A stretch of 64,000 nt of DNA from Geosiphon pyriformis uo1 (lineage: Eukaryota; Fungi; Glomeromycota): contig JAAOMT010000187.1 in the NCBI GenBank assembly GCA_016748015.1, forward strand, positions 108,448-172,447, in the 5' to 3' direction. The stretch's first letter is position 1. Each line of letters begins with the position of its first letter. This document shows positions 41,350 to 51,841 of this stretch, one piece after another. Position numbers and translations under genes: made by a program. The notes beneath the pieces were generated by a model. The model searched no databases. It saw only the letters and a list, made by a program, of their open reading frames with translations, and was not told the DNA's origin.

Positions 41350-42560
41350 AAATAATTTCTAAAAATTAGACTGTTTTGAATACATATCATTTAGAATTGA
41401 TTCTAATTTTGTCAGATTTTTATAATTGTTGTTAAATTAAATAAAAACATATTATGAATATTATTAAAGAAAAAAATTTTAAGATTAGTTAATATTAAGT
41501 CAAAAATTATTCTGGTATTTTAGACAATAAAAAGACTAATATTCTGATTAATATTGTTTTATTTTTAAATATAATACTTTTAACTTATATGTAAAAATAA
41601 TTTATTAAGACTAATAATAAAATTATTTTTAAGAATACAAAATATTTTGTTTATAGAACTTTTCAAACAATTTATCATGTTTATTAAAAAGTCTGATTTA
41701 ATATTAAAATTTTAGATAGTAATTTGCTTAAAAATATAAACTAAATTTGATTATTATTGGTTTGGCACTTTAATTTTTATATGATAACTAAATTCATTAA
41801 CAAAATTAAAGCTGAAATATGCTTTTATTTTATAAAAACATTATATTATAAATTGCCAATAACTGTTTAAAAATATCTATATGAGAAATATTATTATAGT
41901 GTTTTATATTTATATTGTGAAAAAATTGAATTTTTAGACCACATTTTTTTTGCAAAATAAATATTAAGGCTTGCAAAAAGCTGTTAAATACCCATATAAC
42001 TATCTAAAAAATATTATCTGGTCTGCACAAATTATTATTGTGTATATTTTAATTACTCTTTTTGTATTTTTTTAATATTACTGTATATTTTGCTTTATAT
42101 AAAAAATTTGTTTTTAAAAACTGATTTTAAAAGTTTTTTTTGGTTTTTAAAAATACTAAAATTGCTAGTTGTAAGATTGTAAACTTTGTATATAGTTTTA
42201 AACTGGTTTATAAGAATAATATTTGGTTTGTTTATTTAAAATATTGAGTTTTTATGAAAAAAAATAATTTAATTTTATATAATAAAATTATACTAATGGT
42301 TATTATCAGTCTATTATCTGTATTATTTAATAGTATAATTAAGCTATTTGGGATTACTAAGACTTTTAGAGTTAATTTTAATATATGCAAATTGTGTTTG
42401 TTTTTTTTTAAATATTAAAGATATAGTTTCTGTATATATAAAAACATAATATTGTTTTAATTGGTATAAATAACTGGTTATATATAATAAACATATAATT
42501 TATATTTAGTTTAGATTACTTAATTTAATATATTATAAATAGTATTTAAATTATACTCAT
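41350..42560 (+). mobile_element. Highly decayed LINE 3' fragment ending at the G2 insertion point
   Basis: KVKNYSGILDNKKTN (decayed KVKGHSG..GN..AD) at ~41497; decayed 3' tail ~42450-42560. Confidence 0.65.
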
Positions 42561-42940
42561 TGTTACCAGACGAAATTAAAGATATTATTTAGCATGAAAT
42601 TATCTTATAATTCCTATCATTAATTAGCATATATTATCATTTCAAATGATTACTTATTACATTAGCAAAAATATCCGAAATTATCATTTAATTAATAACC
42701 CAAATTGTACACAACACAAATGTAACCTAATTGTGATGATCAATTATGCAATACCCCGAACTATGTAATATTCAGAAGTTCGCCGAAATTTGTAGAAATT
42801 CGCTGAAATAATTGATAGTTCACCGAAATATCTAATAGTTTGCCAAAATAACTTGTAGTTTGCCGAAATGTATCTTTAATTCAGCAAAATTGTAGAAAAT
42901 AGCAAAGTTCAAGTTCATAGAATAGTGTTACAACAAGTTG

Positions 42941-42948
42941 TATAAAAG
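42941..42948 (+). promoter_or_regulatory. Putative LTR TATA box (TATAAAAG)
   Basis: GTTGTATAAAA is conserved in all five LTRs and in the relic at ~61396, downstream of the U3 repeat array. Confidence 0.55.
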
Positions 42949-43580
42949 AAGAGCTTCTCTTTTTGAGAAAATATATCTTACTTTAGATTTATCACTTAGA
43001 ACCATTTCTACACACAAAAGAAATAAATATCAAATAATTCGAAAAACCAAATTCTTTAAATTATTACACTTGGAGAATCCCCAAAACCCAACTAACATTT
43101 TGAAATTGATTAGCTACCAATTTCAATAAACTGTTAGTGACTCCAGGCCTGGATAGAAAACGTTTCTCTTGACAAAAATTCTATTTCTTTTACATTTCTT
43201 TTATTTTCTTTTATTTTCTTAATCATAATCATTAGGGTAACCTACAGACGAGATTCCTGTAGAAGAGTTGACTTTCACAGCAAAGTAACTACACATTTTT
43301 AGTAAGCTTCCAGACGAGCAATTCCTGGGAAAGAGTTGACGTTTACTACAACGTAACTACATAAAGTAACTGGCAAGGAATTGGCCATTCCACTTATAAG
43401 CCCAGCAGTTCAAATTATAGGAGATAATTTGAAAATAAATTCAGTTATTGGACATTCAACTACATCCAGAAAACGTGAATTTACAACAGACAGACATTAA
43501 CAACATTTAAGAAAAGAGACCAAAAACCTCCAATAACATTTGGTGCTCTCCCACGGAAATAACACAGCAACAAATTCAAA

Positions 43581-46500
43581 GTGGCGACTGCCTTAGACAT
43601 CACAACTTTAGAGTACTATCAATCGATTTACACACACTGCAAACAACGATTTGAAATACACAACGGAATTATAGCTTTCAAGAAAACACTTTTTCAATAC
43701 ATCGAAAATCGAATCAATGACTACCTCTTTGGGAACTATAACATTACAACAGTTAAAAAAGATCTTCTTAAGAACATACTACACTATTCCAACACTGAAT
43801 CAGAAAACATTAGTGCTGAAGCTTGCACTACTTATTTTGAGGAACTCGATTATAATATCATTCAATTCTGTGAAGAAAAATATCTTGTAAATGCACAATT
43901 TGCCTTTGAACTCGAATTTGAACCTGAAACCAGTAGCAACAAAAGACAAAAAGATAACTGACCTGTTCATACAACACCCAATACTCCCAAAATATCATTC
44001 AAACATTTACAAACACCTGAACAAGGAACCAGCTCAAAACTTTCACTTACTATCACACCTTTTCCAGCTTCATTTGCACAAGCCCAAACACCTAATTCAC
44101 CCTTGAATCGATTTGCAAGACCAGAAGATTTTACATCACTCAGAAGTCCCACCAGACAACAAGAACTCCTTCAAACTAGTTTCAATCTCCTTGATTTTCT
44201 AGCTAAAAACCAAAGTGAACACTCTGAGACAGCAGCAAACGAAGAAAACAACTCTGAAATAACTAAAGAAGAATCAATAAACAGTGACAACAAAGAAAAC
44301 GAAATGACAACATACATTGCAAAAATCCCTAAATTCAATGGAGAAGATATTGAGACCAGTTCCCAAGAATGGCTCGACCAAGTTACCAAAGCAGAAGATG
44401 CAAATGGATGGAATGCTGCCAGAATGTTGAGAACAATTCCTTACTTTCTTAAAAAAACAGCAGAAGAATGGTTTGAAAACCTTGCCGCCCCATTCAATGA
44501 TTGGAACGCTTTTAAAACAGCCTTCCTTGAACAGTTCACTGACAATAATACCTCCATCACTCTTCACAATTGTTTTCGAAATATCAAACAAGAACCCTCT
44601 GAATCCATTATGACTTATATTGGAAAATTCAACAAACTTCTCAGACGGATTTGCCAACTTGAGACAAATGATTATTATTCCGATGCTCAAATCTTGGATC
44701 AATTTATTGCTGGTCTAAAAGATAAACTAATTAAAAAAATTTGCCCACACACACCAGAAGATTTAAACTCTGCCATACAGCATGCGAAAAGATACGAAAT
44801 GGCCATGGAAGAGACCAATTGTACAAAACTTGTAAATTTGGCAATTGAAGAAACCAGCTCAGCAACTGAGGAAAAAATTGACCAACTCACAAAGAAGATC
44901 AAAAACTATTTTACCAACCAACAACAACAACAACCCCAAAGATATCAACCACCCCAAAGACAAAATCAAAATAACTTTGCACCACTTTCCAATAACCAGC
45001 CCCAAAATTGCCATTATTGTGGAATCTCTGGCCACTGAAAAAGAGATTGTAGAAAGCTACAGTAAGACCAACAAAACAGGAGTAATCAACGTTACTCTTC
45101 ACCACAGCAATCTTATTATCAACCATCACCACCAGCTTACTATCCACCAAGACCCCAATACCAAAATAACTATTATCAGCCTGCCCCACAATCAATCCAA
45201 CAGCAATACCAACAACCACCCACACAACATTATCAAGTACCTACTCGAAGACTGATTACACAAAATCAATTCACACCACAAAACCAATACCAAGTAAACA
45301 ACAATAGAATCAGTTTAAACAACCAATTGGTTCCCCGAAATTCCACTCAACCAAGACCCAACCACTACCACACTCAACCCAGTTATTTAACAATGCCAGA
45401 AGAACAGAATTTTCACTATACTGCACTCTCGGAAGATAGAGCTGCAGCACAACAACAACAAAACCCTTCTCATAAACACACCACTATTCCACCAGCCCAA
45501 ATTGCTGAAAATGCCAATCTCTCTGATATCTTTCCTTTTGAATTTGAAGCAAATAAATTACCATTCTTGCTTAGCAATACAGTGGCTAATGAGCAAAAAG
45601 CCATCACTGCAATATACACAGAAGCTGAAGTAGAAGGAAAGCCAATTCGCTTGATCCTAGACAGTGGATCCGCTGGAAGCATTATCATCTACCAGTTAAT
45701 GCAACAGTTGAAAAGAAATGTCGACCGACCAGCTCAAACAGTAATCGTCACTGCTAATGGCATAAAAAAGACACCAGTAGAAGAAATTGACAATTTTCCG
45801 TTCACTCTTGATGGAATCACCATTCTAGTCAAAGTTCTTGTAATGGATGCACCCCAGTACCAAGCTCTTGTCAGAAATAATTGGCTTCAAAAAGCCAATG
45901 CTAATCTGAATTGGGAAACACAAAAGTTAACAATCTCCTACCAAGGACAACACGTCTGGGTACCTGCCATTTGTGGTACATTCAACAAATGCTTTGAAAA
46001 AGCCCCGGCTTTTGAATTTGAACCAGAAGAAGAAAAACCAATAATTGAAACATTCATGGCTCTTGGATCAACGTCCAACTGGGCTGATGAAACAAAACAA
46101 GAACATTTTACTCCACACACTAAATCCGAAACCTCTGGATGGAATATACCTTACTCAAAACCTAAACTAAAGAAACGACGCCCCTATATTCCCCTTAAAT
46201 ATAGAGACTGCCACAAAAAACTATCGTCAATGAGAGCCTGCATTTCACCTGAAGAAGAATATGAGAATCATACTTGTTATTACTGTAAGGCTTGCCACAG
46301 AGAGCGATAGGGCCATCTAATAAAAAGGAGTGGAAAATGGGACAACACTCTTTGTTTGACTTGTGGAGATATGCTACCAGAAGAATGCAATTGGATTGAT
46401 GTAGCAATGAGAGAAGGTGTTTGCAATCAGACCTGCCAATATGCTTTATCAATTTCAAAAAAAGTAAAAAGAGGAACACCCTTTAATGCAGCATACAACA

Positions 46501-49193
46501 GTGCTCTCAACAAACTTTATTACTACCCTTATGATGCTGAGATGATTTTTGACTTAGCAATGACATTAATTAATGGAGCTACCAAAGAAGATGTTCGTCA
46601 AATGAAGGAAGCGGAATACATTGAATACACTATAGAATTAGCTGGATTCGATTATGAAAATGAAGTAGAAGTCTACCACCAAATTGCAAGTCACACCTAT
46701 CCAACCCAAGAAGCTCAAATTCAACGATTAGAGCAAATGAACATTAGGCTATGTGAAAAATGCATTATGTCTTGCGATGAACAATAGTGTCTTGAATGCT
46801 ATGCTCTTAGTATCCCCTTGCCCAGCGAAAATGATGAGAATGAAATTGAATTTGGAGAACCTGAAGAAACGGAAGAAATTGAAACAACACCCATCTACCT
46901 TATCAAAAATCAGCCTGCCTTACAACTTAAATACTTCAACAACAATGAACAAGGAATAAAACCCGAAAAAGCACACAAAATTGATGCTGGATATGACCTA
47001 AGATATCCAGGCAAGGATACTCTTGTTCTCAAACCCAAATCTCTCACAAAAATCAACCTCAAAATTGCACTTGAAATCCTGCTAGGAGCAATGGTTTAAA
47101 TCGCCTCCCAGTCCTCTCTGGCAAGCAAAGAAATCAATGTCAGAGGAGGAATAATCGATGCTGGATATACTGAAAACATAACAGTGATGCTTTAAAATGA
47201 AACTGACAAACCATTCAAGATTGAACATGCTGAAAAAATTGCCCAAGCTATTTATCTACCCCTAATCAACATTTTGGGTTTACAACTAGTTAATCAAAGA
47301 GAGCAATTAAGAAAGAGCAATAGAGGAACCCAAGGTTTTGGTTCAACTGGATGATTCACAGTTCCAGTTAATATAGCTCTTAATACACAGAACAAATCCC
47401 ACCAGATTCTCAGACTTTCACAACCGATTACCATCTCACTCTTTGGAGAACATCTGGAAATCTACACCTGCCCAAAGCCAACAACCACACAACAAATTTT
47501 TGAGTCTAATGAGCAAGTCTGCTTGGAACATAATATTTCGATCCCAAACATTTATATTCCAGAAGAAACAAAGAAAGTCCGAGTTACTTTTTACAACCCC
47601 AATAATTACCCCATAATTTTATTAAATAATTTAGAAATTGGAGTTATTCACAGTAATATATTTCAACAAGAATTACCCCAAACAGTTCCCGATTTCTCTG
47701 AAATTATTGGACATTCAATACCAAAAATCAACCCAAACCCCAGCTCCGAAAACTACCATGTTGTCATGGAAAAACTATCTCAAATTAACATGGGACAACT
47801 TGAACCACAACAACAGACTCAGCTCAAAGAGCTAATTACAGAATTTGCTGATATCTTTGCCGAAAACAACAATGACTTAGGAAGAATTGATTTGGTTCAA
47901 CACCAAATCTATACAAGAAATGCCAAACCCAGGCGACAACAAGCCTACTGAGTTGCTCCAGAAAGTCACCAATTTATCCGAGAAGAAGTACAACGGATGC
48001 TTAACAATAGGCTTATTCAACCATCAATAAGCCCATGGGCCTCACCCGTGGTCCTAGTTAAAAAGAAAAATGGAAAGATACGATTTTGTGTTGATTACTG
48101 ACAACTCAACAGTGTCACCATTGGGGATGCCTACTCTCTTCCCTGAATTGATGACATGTTGGATGCCCTTGGAAAGTCCAAATACTTTTTGACATTAGAT
48201 TTAGAGAGTGAATACTGGCAAGTTTCTATGGACCCCAAAGACCACCCCAAAACAGCATTTACCACTCAAGGAGGAAATTACGAGTTTAATGTAATGCCTT
48301 TTAGATTATGCAATGCACCAGCAACATTCCAAAGACTCATGGATGTTGTTTACAAAGGCCTCCTTTGGAAATCAGTAGTAGTTTATTTTGATGACACTCA
48401 TGTTTATTTACCATCTTTCGAGCTACATTTAATTCACTTACAAGAAGTTTTTCAATGATTATGGAAAGCAGAATTGAAACTGAACATTGAAAAATGCTAC
48501 TTTGGAAAAACAAGTTTAGCTTTTCTTGGTCACATTGTGAGCAAAGATGGAATTAAACCAGACCCTGGAAAAATCAGTACTGTCAAGAACTTCAAGACTC
48601 CATGAAATACCACAGAATTAAGAAGATTTATTGGATTAGCATCCTATTACCGAAAATTCATCAAAGGATTCTCAGAAATTGCAAAACCCCTCAACCAGCT
48701 CACTACTAAAAATGTCGAATACAAATAAACAGAAGAACACCAAAATGCCTTTGAGATACTTAAAGAAAAACTCATAACAGCTCCAATCCTCACCTATCCA
48801 GATTTCAACAACCAATTCTGATTAGCAACTGACGCCTCTTATACTGCCTTTGGTGCCATCCTATCACAGTTAGATGACAATGGAAATGAGCAAGTAATTG
48901 CTTATGCTAGTAGAACATTAAAGCCAGCTGAAAAGAACTACCCCACAACAGAATTAGAAACCGCAGCAGTAATCTGTTCCCTACATCACTTTAATCTTTA
49001 CCTCAGACCCAAAGAATTTGATATTATCACTGATAATATTGGACTTAAATGACTTCAGAACAAAAACACCCAGCTGAATGCAAAACAAACCCGATGGACA
49101 GGATTTTTAGTTAATTACCAATACATTGTACACCACAAACCAGGAAAACTTCATACCAATGTTGATTGTCTCTCAAGAATGAGGCAAGATTAG
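43581..49193 (+). pseudogene. Gag-PR-Cys-rich-dUTPase-RT-RNase H polyprotein (~1870 codons, single frame, GTG start), premature stops
   Basis: All ORF-track fragments (43581, 44103, 45327, 46356, 46818, 47523, 48156) share one frame up to TAG 49191-49193. CHYCGISGH knuckle; LILDSGSAGS; IDAGYDL...GFGSTG; YFDD; TDAS. Confidence 0.93.
46970..47352 (+). other. dUTPase domain within the gypsy polyprotein (also 6496-6885 on - in G1)
   Basis: Trimeric dUTPase motifs: AGYDL, (R)SSL, GGIIDAGY, IAQ, RGTQGFGSTG. Confidence 0.92.
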
Positions 49194-49242
49194 AAAACAA
49201 AACCAATACCCATTTGAATTAACAGCATCAAAACAACAAACA

Positions 49243-50628
49243 ATGAACCCTGAAAACTACAACAATCTCAAACAATATCTGGAGACATTAACAATCCCAA
49301 CAGATTGGTCCCCAGACAAAAAACATCAGTTACAACAACAAGCCAAACAATATTTTCTACACAACAACATTATCTATTATCGAAATTTCAAAAACCCAAC
49401 CAAACCACTCAGATTAATACAAGAACAGAAAAAGGAGACCATTTTATACAACATGCACTCAGATCCTTCATCAGCATACTTCGGAAAAGATAGCACCACC
49501 CAAAGAACACTAGAATATTACTTTTGGCCTCGAATGAGAAAAGACATTCACAAATATGTCAAATCTTGTGATAGTTGTCAAAGAAGAGGAGAAACTTGCC
49601 CTACAGAACCTTTAAATCCAATCAAAATTGGACAGCCTTTTGACAGAGTTGGTATCAATTTAGTCGGACCACTATCTATCACCACTTAAGGAAACCGTTA
49701 TATTGCAGTAGCTGTAGACTATTTTACTAAATGGCCTAAAGCCAGAGCCATTCAATGAGCAGATGCGAAATCAGTAGCAAAATTCATCTACAAAGACATC
49801 ATTTGTAGACACGGATGTCCAATTGAACTTTTATCTGATCAAGGAACACACTTTGTGAACAACCTGATACAAGAAATTTGCGAACAATTTAATGTCAAAA
49901 GACCTCTGTCTTTGCCCTACCATCTACAAACAAATGGACTTGTGGAATGTTTTAACAGAACATTGTGTGAGTCATTAGCCAAAGTCTCAACCAATTTTGA
50001 GCAAGAATGGGATCTCTTTATTCCATCAGTGTTACTAGCATATAGGACATTAAAACAAGATACCACGAAACACACACTATTTGATTTAACTTATGGAAGG
50101 ACGGCAACATTACCAATTAGTTTCACAGTGGAAACATACCCAGCATAACCGATCGATGAAAACAATTTCTAAGAAACGCTTCAGCAAAGAGTCTACACTC
50201 TGCTTAGCACATTGGAAAGAAAATGACAAATAGCAGCCACTCATATTGAACACTCCCAAGCTCAACAAAAAGAACGGCATGATAACAAATTGTTTTCAGC
50301 CACCAATGAATTTAAAATTGGAAACAAAGTTCTCTTACACAGAACTAAAGCTGAAAAACAATGGAATAAAAAATTTGAAAATAAATGGGATGGACCATTT
50401 TTTATCCATGAAGTCCTAGACAACGGATCATACAAGCTAAGACTTGATAACAAAATCCTAGCAAAAGTTGCACATGGAGATTGTTTGAAACACTATCATT
50501 TCAGAAACAATCCTGAACCATTAATTCCACAAATTGGTACACATTCCCCTTTGGTCAGTCCCGAAGACATTTCCCGAAACTTAGAACCAATAGTTGTCAT
50601 TGAACAACCTTCCAACCTGAACACTTAA
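49243..50628 (+). pseudogene. Stand-alone integrase ORF (461 codons; HHCC, DDE core, GPF module, no chromodomain)
   Basis: Own ATG (MNPENYNNLKQYL), 52 nt from the start of the RNase H stop, in the +1 frame. Confidence 0.9.
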
Positions 50629-50807
50629 TTTAATTTTACTAGTTATTTTCTTATAATTTAGAAACAATCTCACAAAAACAAAACAAAAATAACATAAAAA
50701 CCCATACACCAAAAATAATTTTCTTTTATTTCAAATCGCTTATAATGACTATTCTCAAAACATTCAACAATTATCCCAAAAACTAATGTTAGCTTTAAAA
50801 ACAATAC

Positions 50808-50827
50808 NNNNNNNNNNNNNNNNNNNN
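50808..50827. other. Assembly gap (20 N) flanked by a duplicated overlap, 50451-50807 = 50828-51185
   Basis: Near-identical ~357-bp sequence on both sides of the N run. Confidence 0.95.
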
Positions 50828-51121
50828 CAAAATCCTAGCAAAAGTTGCACATGGAGATTGTTTGAAACACTATCATTTCAGAAACAATCCTGAACCATTA
50901 ATTCCACAAATTGGTACACATTCCCCTTTGGTCAGTCCCGAAGACATTTCCCGAAACTTAGAACCAATAGTTGTCATTGAACAACCTTCCAACCTGAACA
51001 CTTAATTTAATTTTACTAGTTATTTTCTTATAATTTAGAAACAATCTCACAAAAACAAAACAAAAATAACATAAAAACCCATACACCAAAAATAATTTTC
51101 TTTTATTTCAAATCGCTTATA

Positions 51122-51841
51122 ATGACTATTCCTCAAAACATTCAACAATTATCCCAAAAACTAATGTTAGCTTTAAAAACAATACCTGAATTATCCATTA
51201 CTGTTACTAAAAACCACATTAATTATACCCAAACAGAAGTAGTTACAAATTTAGCCCCAAATTCATGAAAATATCACCCATATAAGAAAAACACAAGAAG
51301 TTATACTGGAATTCACCTGCCAGAACTTTTAAAGCTTGCTTTAAGAGAAAACCTAATGCTCACTCCAATTAGTATTCCACCAAATGCTACAAGTCAACAA
51401 AGACTTTAATTGTGTCTCAATGAGGAAAACACTGAATATCCTCCAATCTATAGATATTTCCACATTAGAAAAACACTCTACGAACGGAAACTGGAACTTA
51501 CAACAGCAAACCTCACAAAAGAAACTATTCAAAAACAACTCCACAATGAATTCAAGACAACAGCTGGACCAACAAACAGTCGCTACAAGCTCAGAGCTGC
51601 TCTTAGACTTTATGACCTATTCCACACCTGTGAAAACATACTGCAAAACCCAATTTTTCAACCTTTGAAAATTCAATATATTGGAAAGCTTACAGAACTG
51701 AAATTTCAACAATTTTCAGACCAAATTTCTTCAATAATTTTGGATTATTATCTGGAAATAACAGACAGTATTTGGACTTTGATGAAGCTCAGTCTTAAAG
51801 AGGAGGTTATGTTATCAGACGAAATTAGAGATATTATTTAG
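51122..51841 (+). pseudogene. Gypsy ORF3 (239 codons), overlaps the PPT and the first 32 nt of the 3' LTR
   Basis: ATG 51122 (MTIPQNIQQLSQKLMLALK...). Two internal stops are explainable by C>T. Same length as the G3 copy. Confidence 0.82.

Noticed and set aside
43244-43330. CAGACGAG as a hammerhead core, or the LTR block as a twister ribozyme
   Set aside because: It lacks the CUGANGA/GAAA geometry and the twister loop motifs.
50480-50628. Chromodomain at the integrase C-terminus
   Set aside because: The tail after the GPF module is short and Pro-rich, ends LEPIVVIEQPSNLNT, and lacks aromatic-cage motifs.
50451-51185. ~357-bp tandem duplication of the IN end and ORF3 start
   Set aside because: It brackets the 20-N gap exactly and is absent from G1 and G3, so it is an unmerged contig overlap.
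51122-51841. ORF3 as an envelope gene
   Set aside because: It occupies the env position but has no signal peptide, TM helix or furin/fusion pattern, and it is short.
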